Both the position numbers and the translations under genes were made by a program. From assembly GCA_963663475.2 (NCBI GenBank), contig CAXXJV010000001.1, positions 1,248,001-1,312,000 of the forward strand: a DNA stretch of 64,000 nucleotides, written 5' to 3'. The DNA is from Candidatus Cloacimonadales bacterium. Its GTDB lineage: Bacteria > Cloacimonadota > Cloacimonadia > Cloacimonadales > JAFGVF01. The notes below the pieces were generated by a model, which was not told the origin of the DNA, did not search any database, and worked only from the letters and a program-made list of their open reading frames with translations. Of this stretch, positions 29,678-39,596 are shown in pieces. Each line of letters begins with the position of its first letter. Position 1 is the first letter of the stretch.

Positions 29678-31807
29678 ATGTTAAAAAAATGTTTATTTAT
29701 GATATTAATAAGTATAATAAGTTTACTTTCACTTTGGTCCATAGAGGTGGGTGGTCACCTTACAGAAGACACAGTTTGGTCTCCGGACAACAACCCTTAT
29801 GAGGTTACTGAAATACTATATATTGATGCAGGGGTAACCCTCACAATTTTACCAGGAACTGAAGTAAAAATTAGTGGAGCTTCTTTAACATCTGGGCAGG
29901 ATTTTGATGCTAATTTTTGGATGTACTCAGGTGTTTCAGTTGCAAAATGGATCTGGGTTCATGGTAATATTATTGCTGAAGGAAGAGCTGAAGAACCAAT
30001 AATATTTACCAGATTACAAGAAGATAATACTTATCACTGGGGGACTATCTATTTTGATGAAGATGCAGGTATGCCCCGTTTTAGACATTGCAAATTCGAG
30101 TATTCTGCTGGGATAGGTATTGCTATCAATTGGCAAGTCTGGGGAGCTGTAAGCTTGTATTCAAGCTCAGGTATTTTTACTGATAATCTCTTTATTAACA
30201 ACTGCAGAGCTATCAATTTTGTGCTAGGTTATGTTAATAATGTTATAATAAAGGATAATACCTTTACTTATGATCAAAATTTACAAGCTGATTTAATAGA
30301 TTACTATCTTGCAGGATCTTACATTCATGTCAAATCAATTTATGGTATTGAAAGTCCCCAGCAAATACCCGCACTTATTGCTAATAACTATTTTTATAGT
30401 AATCAAATGATTAACTCAATACTAGGTTCCTACTATGTTAATAACACTAATATGGGTTCTACTGTTGATATTTACAACGGAGCTGATGAGTGTACTTATG
30501 AAAATTATATTTATAAGAACAGTTTTAGCACTTGGCTGACAGGTACATCAATTAATGCTTCTAGGGCTGATGAAATCTATATTAAAGCTAATACTTTTTT
30601 GAGTGGAGGCTGTGCACTTGATATTAATTATAGCTATTTGGAACTCGTTGATAATAGTTTTAGGGGGGGGAGTGTTTGCTTAGGACTTCACAGTTCAGGT
30701 AAAATGTACAACAATATTATGGATAGGGTAGCACTAAGTATGGGACCAGACTTCGAAGTTTTTCAGAATGTTATAAAGAAATTTGATACAGATGTTAATA
30801 ACTATGCTTTTCAAGCCTATCCAAAACTAAAGAGAAATAATATCTTTTATAATAACAACCAGCTTTTTTATGCAACATCAGATTCTGTTTTTATCAATAG
30901 TGTTTTTCTAGGTAATCGAAACATGTATAACAACACACCCACAGACCGCACAGAAACATTTCGTAACTGTATAGTAGATTTTTCATTAGAATACCCTTTT
31001 ATAGATGGTGGAGGTAACCTAGTTGTAGATTCTTTACAAGCTGAAGAAATTTTCCTTGATTTAGAGAATGAAGATTTTAGACTTTCTGCTAATAGTATTG
31101 CTATTGATGCTGGCTACGATAATACATGGGATTTCCATAATCCTTTTGATATGAATTATGGTCTTCGTCAATGGGATGGAGATGGAGATGGTACTAGTAC
31201 AATAGATATAGGAGTATATGAATATGGATCTCCTCAATTAGGTAAGATAGCAGGCTATATTACTTCCACAGAAGATAGTTCACCTGTTGATTATGTCTTA
31301 ATCAAAATTGATAATCAAGCAAATATATTTACTTTTGCTGATAGTGCAGGCTATTTTGAAATTCAACTTCCTGAAGGAAACTATGATCTGTATGCCAAGA
31401 GAGTATTTTATGATGATACAATTATCTATAATATTGATGTCCATAATGAAACTACTAGCCAGGTTAACTTTAATATGATAAATACTTTACCACCTGTCTC
31501 GAATGACATTAGTTCTTCCAACTCTATAGCTAATGAAATCATTTCCACAAGTTACCCAAATCCATTTAACCCAACTACAACTATCAGTTTTGAGCTACCA
31601 TCTGACGGAAATGTTGATGTATCTATCTACAACTTAAAAGGTCAGAAAGTAAAGAGCTTACAAAACGAATTTCTAAGAGCAGGAAATCATTCTTTAACAT
31701 GGGATGGTGAGGATGACGGTGGTAAAACTATCTCTTCAGGTATTTATTTCTATAGAATAAAAACACCTAAGTTATCAACCACCCAGAAAATTATCTTGAT
31801 GAAATAG
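29678..31807 (+). CDS. Secreted beta-helix protein with carboxypeptidase-regulatory-like and sorting domains
   Basis: TLTILPGTEV, PIIFT..WG, DFRLSANSIAIDAG, IDIGVYE, YPNPFNP C-terminal domain. Confidence 0.85.
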   Translation: MLKKCLFMILISIISLLSLWSIEVGGHLTEDTVWSPDNNPYEVTEILYIDAGVTLTILPGTEVKISGASLTSGQDFDANFWMYSGVSVAKWIWVHGNIIAEGRAEEPIIFTRLQEDNTYHWGTIYFDEDAGMPRFRHCKFEYSAGIGIAINWQVWGAVSLYSSSGIFTDNLFINNCRAINFVLGYVNNVIIKDNTFTYDQNLQADLIDYYLAGSYIHVKSIYGIESPQQIPALIANNYFYSNQMINSILGSYYVNNTNMGSTVDIYNGADECTYENYIYKNSFSTWLTGTSINASRADEIYIKANTFLSGGCALDINYSYLELVDNSFRGGSVCLGLHSSGKMYNNIMDRVALSMGPDFEVFQNVIKKFDTDVNNYAFQAYPKLKRNNIFYNNNQLFYATSDSVFINSVFLGNRNMYNNTPTDRTETFRNCIVDFSLEYPFIDGGGNLVVDSLQAEEIFLDLENEDFRLSANSIAIDAGYDNTWDFHNPFDMNYGLRQWDGDGDGTSTIDIGVYEYGSPQLGKIAGYITSTEDSSPVDYVLIKIDNQANIFTFADSAGYFEIQLPEGNYDLYAKRVFYDDTIIYNIDVHNETTSQVNFNMINTLPPVSNDISSSNSIANEIISTSYPNPFNPTTTISFELPSDGNVDVSIYNLKGQKVKSLQNEFLRAGNHSLTWDGEDDGGKTISSGIYFYRIKTPKLSTTQKIILMK

Positions 31808-31828
31808 TGTCATATAGGAGAAAAACAC

Positions 31829-32755
31829 ATGTTTAAACAGAAGATATTACTTTGTAGTTTACTACTTTTAGCATCACTTAATGCTTATGAGCTTATCTTT
31901 GAAGATAGTTTTGAATCATATCAAGACTTTAGTCAGCAATTTGATCCGTGGGTCCTAAGAGATGTTGATTTATTCCCTACTTGGGGACTACATGATTACT
32001 ATTTCTACTCACAACAATCACCCATGGCTTTTATAATTTTTAATCCCAGCATGACAAGTCCACCTACAGAAGAGGAGTATTTTGTCCCCTCAGATGGAGA
32101 TAAATACATTGTGTCTTTTAGTGCAACATACCCTCCAAATGATGACTGGTTGATATCTCCCCTTATGTTTATCGAGGATGATACTACAGTCTCATTTATG
32201 GCAAAATCGATAGTGGAAGATTATGGTTTAGAGAGATTTAATGTTTTTGTTTCATTAGGCTCGACAGACCCTGAGGATTTTACTCTCATATCAGGTGATC
32301 CTTATGTTGAAGCTCCTGCTGAATGGACAAATTTTTCTTATAGTTTGGATAATTATAGTGGCGAGATGGCTAGAATTGCAATCCAATGTGTTTCAGATAA
32401 CTCTTTTATGTTTATGGTTGATGATTTTAAGGTAACAGCCCCTAATATCACTAGTAATAGTTCTGATGTCAGTCTTGCTACTTTTGAATTGCTTGGAAAT
32501 TACCCAAACCCCTTTAACCCAGAAACTACCATTCAATTTACAACAGCAAAAGAGTCTGCTGTGAAGGTGCAAGTTTATAATACACGCGGACAGCTGGTTA
32601 AAACATTAGTTAATAAAAGATTGAAACCTGGAAAGCACTCAGTTGTTTGGAATGGTAGGAATGAGAACAAGGAAAAAGTATCTTCAGGTATTTATTTGTA
32701 TAAAGTTTCTTCTGGTAAAGAAAATCGTGTAAATAAAATGATACTCATGAAATAG
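31829..32755 (+). CDS. Cleaved-adhesin/choice-of-anchor-J-like protein with sorting domain
   Basis: NDDWLISP, YGLERF.V.VS, IAIQCVS..FMFMVDDF; NYPNPFNPETT. Confidence 0.85.
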   Translation: MFKQKILLCSLLLLASLNAYELIFEDSFESYQDFSQQFDPWVLRDVDLFPTWGLHDYYFYSQQSPMAFIIFNPSMTSPPTEEEYFVPSDGDKYIVSFSATYPPNDDWLISPLMFIEDDTTVSFMAKSIVEDYGLERFNVFVSLGSTDPEDFTLISGDPYVEAPAEWTNFSYSLDNYSGEMARIAIQCVSDNSFMFMVDDFKVTAPNITSNSSDVSLATFELLGNYPNPFNPETTIQFTTAKESAVKVQVYNTRGQLVKTLVNKRLKPGKHSVVWNGRNENKEKVSSGIYLYKVSSGKENRVNKMILMK

Positions 32756-32903
32756 TTGACAGAAAAGTACAAAAATAGTAATAGATTACAGAGGGAGGAT
32801 TACTCTCTCTATAATTAAATTAAATTTAAAGATATGGATATAGTTAAGAAAGGGGCTAAAGTTCTCCTGCTCCATTCTGCTTTAGATACGTTTATTGGTT
32901 TAT

Positions 32904-32963
32904 TCTTGATTGTCACTCTCTCAAAAAAGTATTGGAAATTTATAGAGAGAGTAACAATCAAGA
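32904..32963. repeat. 19-bp inverted repeat (one mismatch)
   Basis: TCTTGATTGTCACTCTCTC...GAGAGAGTAACAATCAAGA. Confidence 0.75.
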
Positions 32964-33047
32964 GATAGTTAAGAGTGATAAGTAATATTCATTGACAAAT
33001 AAATTCATCAAACAAAAATAATATCACTAAACATTTGGAGAATATAT

Positions 33048-35603
33048 ATGTTAAGAAAAGTTATAGTCATATTCCTACTTGTTGTTATACAAGGTCTATT
33101 TTCATCAGTTCCGGAAAAATACATCAGTATAACAATACAATCCCCAGAAGATATTTCCAGTCTAACTAAATTAGTATCAATAGATAACAGGCAAGATAAT
33201 ACTATCTATGCTTATGCTCTGCCAGAGCAACTAGAAAGATTACAGGAATTAGGTATCATATATGAGTTACAAACACTTCCAATGGATGAACGAGCAACTC
33301 TTACTATGGCTACAAATATAGAAGAAATGTTTAATTGGGATAGATATCCTATTTATGAAGTTTACTTAGAAATGATGAGTAATTTTGCCAGTGATTACCC
33401 TAATCTCTGTCTTCTAGAGAATATAGGTTATTCCCAGAACAACAGACAGATACCTGTTGTAAAAATAACAAGTAATGTTAATCAAGAAACAGCAAAACCA
33501 GCTTTTTATTATTCAGGTCAAATGCATGGCGATGAAGTAGTTTCATATATATTATTACTTAGGTTAATTGATGAACTCCTAAGCAATTATGGAAGTGATC
33601 AAGAGATTACAGACTTGGTAAACACAACAGAGATTTGGATAAATCCTTTGGCTAATCCAGATGGAACCTATTATGGAGGCAATCATACAGTTAGTAATGC
33701 TAGAAGATATCTTGCCAATAATTTAGATGCCAACAGAAATTATATAGACTTTATTGATGGCTACCCAGGTACTGGTTCTTCGACTACGGTTTCTCAAGAG
33801 AACTTAGATCAAATAAGCTTCATGACTGGTAAAGGTATTGTTATGTCTGCCAACACTCATAGTGGTCAAGAAGTAGTCAACTATCCTTGGGATACAATTC
33901 CTGGACTACATCCAGATGATTTATGGTACCAGCAGATTAGTCGAGTTTATGCTGATGCGGTTCATGAAGATGCACCAGCTACTTATATGGATGGTTTTGA
34001 TGATGGTATTACTAATGGTTATGAGTGGTATGAAGCTAATGGGACCAGACAGGACTACGCTAATTATTATCTGGGGATTAGGGAGATAACTATAGAACAT
34101 TCAATGGTTAAACTTTTAGATGTTAATGAATTGAATAATCATTGGACTTATAATCGGGACGCCTTAATTCAGCTAATGAAGCAAGTTCATTATGGTATCA
34201 AAGGTAATATAAGTGATTATCAAGGTAATCCTTTAGTAGCTAGTGTGGAAATATTAAATCATGATATTGATGTAACAAAAGTCAAATCAAATGGAGATTT
34301 TGGAGATTATTATCGTCCAATATATCCTGGTACTTATGATGTTAAGATAAGTGCTGAAGGTTATGAAAGCCAAATCTTTACTAATGTTGTTGTTAGTCCT
34401 AATAGCTCAGTTACTTTGGATGCTGTTTTCGGTCAAGAAGAACTAAGTCAAAATATTCAATTAAATTCAGGCTGGAACTTGATTAGTTATAATCTAGATT
34501 ATGAAGATTTATCTCCTACAAGCATTTTTTCAGATATTATAGATAATGTTCAAGAAATCAAAAATATGACACAGACTTATTCTCCTAATCTTCCTTACTA
34601 TTTCAATACTTTAGATAATCTTCTTCCACAAGAAGGCTATTGGGTTAATGTTAATGAAAATAGCTTGTTAGAACTAAGTGGGAATGCTTATGATCAGGCG
34701 AGTGTTATAGAATTAAACGCAGGTTGGAATTTAGTTGGTTTTTTACCACAAGTAAGCACTTCACCAGAAATTGCTTTGAGCTCAATTGGCGATAATTTAA
34801 TACAGGTAAAAGACCTTACTTCTATTTATAATCCTGCTATGCCAGATGTCTTTAATACAATGGATCTAATGTCTCCTAGTAAGGGGTATTGGATTGAAGT
34901 AGGAAATCCTTGCTCCTTAATTTATAATATTCAACCTGTTAGCAAAGTAGTAAGAGAAAATAATTCCCCTTGGGATATAAGCATTTACCCAAACAATAGT
35001 GCTATAGTCTATGCAGAATTTGAAACAGATGAATTTCAAATTGATTATGACAATGACTATATAGGTGTCTTCTCAGCAGGAGAATCCTTAGGAGCTGGAC
35101 TACTTAGTTATTATGAAGATCATGCAGGCAATGAAAAAGACATAGTAGCGCTTGTTGTTCAGATGCCAAGTAATCAAGCAAATTATAACTTTGTTTATTA
35201 CAGAGGCCAAGAAAATCAAAGTCTTACTTTAAATCAAGAAATAACCTTGCAAGCAGGTCAAGTTTATGGACAGCTACCTGATCAGCTAATAAGTCTAGAA
35301 TATCAGGCAACAGAGAATAGTAACGATAATGTAGAGCAAGTTAACTCTATTACCCTTTATGCTAAGTCTAATCCTTTTTCAAATATTTTGAATATTGGTC
35401 TAAATGCAAAAAATGAACAAGATCTTGAGCTAAGTCTTTATAATCTAAAAGGTCAGAAAGTAGCTTCAAAAAAACTTAGATTAAATTCTGGGCAAATGAC
35501 TGATATTTCCTTTAATACTCATAAGTTAGCCTCAGGTATCTACTTCCTAAGAACAAAAGGTTGTAGAAAAACATCAACACTTAAGCTTATAAAAATTAAG
35601 TAA
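33048..35603 (+). CDS. M14 zinc carboxypeptidase with degenerate sorting domain
   Basis: HGDE, NPDG, DANRNY, HSG..VVNYPWD, GITNGYEWY; GWNL repeats; NPF...YNLKGQKV...ASGIYF. Confidence 0.92.
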   Translation: MLRKVIVIFLLVVIQGLFSSVPEKYISITIQSPEDISSLTKLVSIDNRQDNTIYAYALPEQLERLQELGIIYELQTLPMDERATLTMATNIEEMFNWDRYPIYEVYLEMMSNFASDYPNLCLLENIGYSQNNRQIPVVKITSNVNQETAKPAFYYSGQMHGDEVVSYILLLRLIDELLSNYGSDQEITDLVNTTEIWINPLANPDGTYYGGNHTVSNARRYLANNLDANRNYIDFIDGYPGTGSSTTVSQENLDQISFMTGKGIVMSANTHSGQEVVNYPWDTIPGLHPDDLWYQQISRVYADAVHEDAPATYMDGFDDGITNGYEWYEANGTRQDYANYYLGIREITIEHSMVKLLDVNELNNHWTYNRDALIQLMKQVHYGIKGNISDYQGNPLVASVEILNHDIDVTKVKSNGDFGDYYRPIYPGTYDVKISAEGYESQIFTNVVVSPNSSVTLDAVFGQEELSQNIQLNSGWNLISYNLDYEDLSPTSIFSDIIDNVQEIKNMTQTYSPNLPYYFNTLDNLLPQEGYWVNVNENSLLELSGNAYDQASVIELNAGWNLVGFLPQVSTSPEIALSSIGDNLIQVKDLTSIYNPAMPDVFNTMDLMSPSKGYWIEVGNPCSLIYNIQPVSKVVRENNSPWDISIYPNNSAIVYAEFETDEFQIDYDNDYIGVFSAGESLGAGLLSYYEDHAGNEKDIVALVVQMPSNQANYNFVYYRGQENQSLTLNQEITLQAGQVYGQLPDQLISLEYQATENSNDNVEQVNSITLYAKSNPFSNILNIGLNAKNEQDLELSLYNLKGQKVASKKLRLNSGQMTDISFNTHKLASGIYFLRTKGCRKTSTLKLIKIK

Positions 35604-35740
35604 AATTTGGGAAATCTCTTAGATTATTGGATTTTATTACAGAATTTCAGGTAAGTTCTTGGAAATTTCTTTATATATGCTCTTTCTTATAGTTGATTGA
35701 AAGAATATAAAAATAAAAGTTAAAAAAAATAATTTTTTTC

Positions 35741-35890
35741 TTGCCAAAATAAAATTAATATTAATAATGTACTTAGACTTAGATGAGTTATCAAATGATT
35801 TTTTATCTAAGCTGAAATTAAACCTACAGACCCTACATAGAATGCCCTCCGACAGCGGGGTTACCACCCGGTAACTTCGCTGTTTTTTTT
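35741..35890 (+). promoter_or_regulatory. Candidate leader RNA/attenuator with intrinsic terminator upstream of the PHP gene
   Basis: TTGCCA-like -35 and AT-rich -10; 13-bp stem CAGCGGGGTTACC/GGTAACTTCGCTG followed by a T run before the RBS. Confidence 0.6.
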
Positions 35891-35914
35891 ATTATTTTTT
35901 AAGGAGATTTTAAA

Positions 35915-36664
35915 ATGAAGAAAGATTATCATATTCACACCCATATCAGTAAGGATAGCAAACTCAATCCAGATGAATTAATCCTAAAAGCTATAGACTG
36001 TAATTATGCAGAAATTGCCTTTACTGATCACTTAGAATTTCTCTTTCCCCAATGGTCTTTTCATCAAGAATACTCATTTGTGGATTATTTAGACTTTTTT
36101 ACTAACTTACAAGAAAAGTATTCATCACAAATTAAGATTTTACGAGGTGTGGAAATAGGGGAGTATCAAGAAACAAAAGAGCAAGTGTTAGACTACTTTG
36201 CAGGTCTAAGACCAGATATTATACTTGGATCAGTTCATACTATCCTACCAGATAAAGATATCTCTCTTCCTTTTGCTAAACCACTATCTAAACAAGATAT
36301 TATTAGCTACTACAAAGCAAATTTAAAACTAGTGGAAAAGTGCCAGATAGATGTTTTAGCTCATTTAGGTATTTTCGCTCGTTACCTCCAACATAATATA
36401 AAAGAAGGATTACCAATCTGTAAAGATATTTTCCAAGTTATGAAGGAGAAAGAAATAGCCTTGGAAATAAACTATTCTGGCTTGAGAAAGGTAACTAAAC
36501 AAATAATACCCCATCTTGAAGTTCTTGAATTATATGCTAACGAAGGTGGTGAATTGATATCTCTAGGGTCAGATAGTCACCAAGTAAGTGATTTTGATGA
36601 TAATTATGAAAAAACTTGGGCTATTCTTAAAGATAATGGTTTTGGGATGTTTGAAAACAAATAA
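35915..36664 (+). CDS. PHP-family phosphatase (HisJ-type histidinol phosphatase-like)
   Basis: DYHIHT, FTDH, GVEIG, GSVH, LAHL, EIN, GSDSH. Confidence 0.88.
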   Translation: MKKDYHIHTHISKDSKLNPDELILKAIDCNYAEIAFTDHLEFLFPQWSFHQEYSFVDYLDFFTNLQEKYSSQIKILRGVEIGEYQETKEQVLDYFAGLRPDIILGSVHTILPDKDISLPFAKPLSKQDIISYYKANLKLVEKCQIDVLAHLGIFARYLQHNIKEGLPICKDIFQVMKEKEIALEINYSGLRKVTKQIIPHLEVLELYANEGGELISLGSDSHQVSDFDDNYEKTWAILKDNGFGMFENK

Positions 36665-36696
36665 TGCAGTAGACCTTTGCGAATAGCAGAATATTC

Positions 36697-37165
36697 GGCT
36701 CAAGTTCAAGTCTGGTGGGAATAACATAGGGAAATGAGAATATTTCATTACTATATTGATTCATCAAAAATCCCTGAAAGGGATAAAATAATTTAGCCCA
36801 GGGTAAGATGCTGAAAGTATCGCAACCCTGGGTAATGATGGCTAACCCGAAGATATTACCCTGTAAGGGTTTAATAAAAAGATAAATAATGTATTATAAT
36901 AAGTCTATGGTATATATGATGTTATTTAACCCTTTCAGGGTTCAGGCTTTGTTTTACATCCAGTACCCGGGGTTGCATTCCCTTCAGGAATTTACCCCGG
37001 GCTAAACTATTTATCCCCTTTGGGGATTTAAGACTCATCCCTTCAGGATTTAGGACTTCTCATCAAACAAAACATACTATTGACAGTATATTCTTACTTG
37101 TAACATTCTGTCATTCAATTAATATGCTATACTATAAGTCTCTTTTTATCCACCAAACTTGAACC
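36697..37165. mobile_element. ISL3-like MITE (C) carrying an inverted REP pair; 8-bp TSD GAATATTC
   Basis: TIRs GGCTCAAGTTCAAGTCTGGTGG / CCACCAAACTTGAACC; TSD at 36689-36696 and 37166-37173. Confidence 0.85.
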
Positions 37166-37259
37166 GAATATTCTTCTGCAAAAGTAACTTACTTAATTCT
37201 CCCGAATATATGTATATTATATGCCTTCAAATTCTGCAAGCTATTTTGCTAAAATAATT

Positions 37260-37785
37260 GGCTCTTGTTCAAGTCTGGTGGAAGAAAATTAGTAAAAATA
37301 CAAAATTTTATAATTAGTTTGATTATCCAAAACATCCCTGTAAGGGATTAGTAATTTAGCCTAGGGTAAGCTACCACAGGGAGCGTCACCCTAGGTACAA
37401 TGACCTAAACAAAACCGTAACCCTGTAAGGGTTTCATATAATTCTAACATGTTATTATAATAAGTATCTTGCTGATTTTATATGGAATGGAAGCATCCTT
37501 GCTTCCACATTTTTCTTATGGTAAGGATGCCATAAGTCCATAATTAAACCCTTTCAGGGTTACCAACTTTAGATGCATCAAAACCCAGGGTGGCAATCCC
37601 TTCAGGATTTTACCCTGGGCTAATTTATTCATCCCCTCTGGGGATATAAGACCTATCCTTTCAGGATTAAGTCTTATTCAGCAAAAACCAAGAACCAATA
37701 TAACAATATAATCCGTAAACTACTGTAATACAATATCTAGTTCAAAATAATACTAAATTATTTCCACTAGACTTGAACTTGAACT
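37260..37785. mobile_element. ISL3-like MITE (C) carrying an inverted REP pair; 8-bp TSD AAATAATT
   Basis: TIRs GGCTCTTGTTCAAGTCTGGTGGAA / TTCCACTAGACTTGAACTTGAACT; TSD at 37252-37259 and 37786-37793. Confidence 0.85.
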
Positions 37786-37916
37786 AAATAATTTAGCACT
37801 CTTCACCTGTGATGCTTAGCTTTAGCCAAGTATTACTAAAAACTCTACTCCACTATCTGGGTTAAACTTTAACCAAAATTATTTTTCACATTTCCCACTC
37901 TACTTTGGAGAGAGGC

Positions 37917-37949
37917 AAAAAAAGGAAAGGTTCAGCTGAACCTTTCCTT
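37917..37949 (-). terminator. Intrinsic terminator (minus strand)
   Basis: A run then AAGGAAAGGTTCAGCTGAACCTTTCCTT. Confidence 0.7.
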
Positions 37950-37984
37950 GGGGATGAATTTCAATTAGGAGAAATTGAGTTTTA

Positions 37985-38148
37985 ACCCAAATAATGCAGT
38001 AGACCTTTGCGAATAGCAGAATATTCTTCTGCAAAAGTAAGCTACATAATTTTGAGGAATATATATATTATATGCCTTCAAATTCTGTAACTTATTTTGC
38101 TAAAAGAATCTAGCACTCTTCATCAAAGTTCTAATGCACCATTCGGGT
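37985..38148. mobile_element. Intact IS982-like MITE (B), 164 bp, TTA flanks
   Basis: ACCCAAATAATGCAGTAGACCTTTG...CAAAGTTCTAATGCACCATTCGGGT imperfect TIRs. Confidence 0.85.
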
Positions 38149-39552
38149 TTAAGCTAACATTTTTATACTTTTTTTAATTAATTTACTGTCCATTGCATTC
38201 ATCATCCAATCTTCTGCTACCATCTTATTAAGCATTGATATTGAAGGGAAGGAATGCATCATCATCATGATATCTAGGAGACTCTTCTTATATTGAATGG
38301 CCATAGTCCACTCGTGAATTAACTCACTAGCTGCCTCTCCAACTATAGAAGCTCCAAAAATCTTACCTCGTGCATTAGTCAAGATCTTGATAAAACCTTG
38401 AGGGTGACCATCTGCAACAGTTCTTCCATAAGATTTATATTCTTTTTTTACTACTTGATATTTAATTCCCTTAGCCTTAGCTTCTTTTTCAGTTAAGCCA
38501 ACTTGGGCAACTTCTGGTTTAGTAAAAACTGACCAAGGTACTACATAGTTAGATCTTTTAAGTTTTGGAAGGGCCATAGGACTGAGGAAATGCATTAAGG
38601 AAAGCATTCCTTGGTGCATAGCTGCATGAGAAAATAAGTTATGTCCATTACAATCTCCAACAGCATAAATATGCTTCTTATTGGTCCTACCATATTCATC
38701 AACAATAATACCCTTACGGTTGTAAGCTATCTTTGCATTATCCAATTGCAAGTTAGCTAGTAGAGGTTGGCGTCCTGTAGCAACTAAGATTTCTTGTGAT
38801 TCTAGTACTCTTTTATCTGTGTAAGTATAAATGATACCATCTTTGTGTTCAACCTTAGTTATTTTTTCATTATTGAAGACTCCTATATCTTCCTTTACTA
38901 AACACTCTTCTAAATACTTACCTGCCTCAGCATCACCGGCTGGAACAAGATGAGCATCTTGATGTACAAGATTTACTTTTGTACCTAACCGGCTAAATGC
39001 TTGAGCCATTTCTGTGCCTATTGCACCACCACCGATTATTGTTAAACTTTTTGGCATTTCTTCCAGTTCAAACATGTTCATGTTAGTAAGCTTGGGAACT
39101 TCTGCAAGTCCTGGAATAGGGGGGATGAAGGGCTGGGTTCCTGTAGCAATAAAGATTGCTTTAGCAGTGTATCTCTTTCCATCGACCTCTACTATCTTAT
39201 CATCTAAGAAATGAGCATGACCTTTGCCAATTACTAAATCAACCTTTTCAAATACCTTCATGAACTTTTTATTATTAATGCCAGATATCTTGTCGCGTAC
39301 TACTGACATTGGGTCCTTACTACGTTCATATAAATCTGCTTCAATTCCATAAAATTGTAGGTTCTTTGCCAAACTGTTTACCTCTGCAGCTTTTAACAAA
39401 GCTTTACTGGGAATACAACCTACATTTAGACATTCACCACCAACTTTATGTTTCTCAATAGCTAAGACATCTAAACCCATGGCTGAAGCCATAGCAGAAA
39501 CTGACATTCCTGCTGGCCCCATACCAATAACTATTATATCTTTCTTAATCAT
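38149..39552 (-). CDS. Class I pyridine nucleotide-disulfide oxidoreductase (MerA/LpdA-like)
   Basis: IGMGPAG, GGECLNVGCIPSK, IGGGAIGTE; no C-terminal Cys-Cys of MerA. Confidence 0.9.
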   Translation of the reverse strand: MIKKDIIVIGMGPAGMSVSAMASAMGLDVLAIEKHKVGGECLNVGCIPSKALLKAAEVNSLAKNLQFYGIEADLYERSKDPMSVVRDKISGINNKKFMKVFEKVDLVIGKGHAHFLDDKIVEVDGKRYTAKAIFIATGTQPFIPPIPGLAEVPKLTNMNMFELEEMPKSLTIIGGGAIGTEMAQAFSRLGTKVNLVHQDAHLVPAGDAEAGKYLEECLVKEDIGVFNNEKITKVEHKDGIIYTYTDKRVLESQEILVATGRQPLLANLQLDNAKIAYNRKGIIVDEYGRTNKKHIYAVGDCNGHNLFSHAAMHQGMLSLMHFLSPMALPKLKRSNYVVPWSVFTKPEVAQVGLTEKEAKAKGIKYQVVKKEYKSYGRTVADGHPQGFIKILTNARGKIFGASIVGEAASELIHEWTMAIQYKKSLLDIMMMMHSFPSISMLNKMVAEDWMMNAMDSKLIKKSIKMLA

Positions 39553-39596
39553 TTATTTCCACTCTCTCTTGTAATCTTGTGATATTGCTTAAATGA

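Larger units (their letters stand above)
36655..37862. mobile_element. IS982-like MITE (B) interrupted by two module C insertions
   Basis: B segments 36655-36696, 37166-37259 and 37786-37862 join into one B copy. Confidence 0.8.

Noticed and set aside
38149-39552. Mercuric reductase call
   Set aside because: No C-terminal Cys-Cys, no NmerA domain and no mer genes nearby
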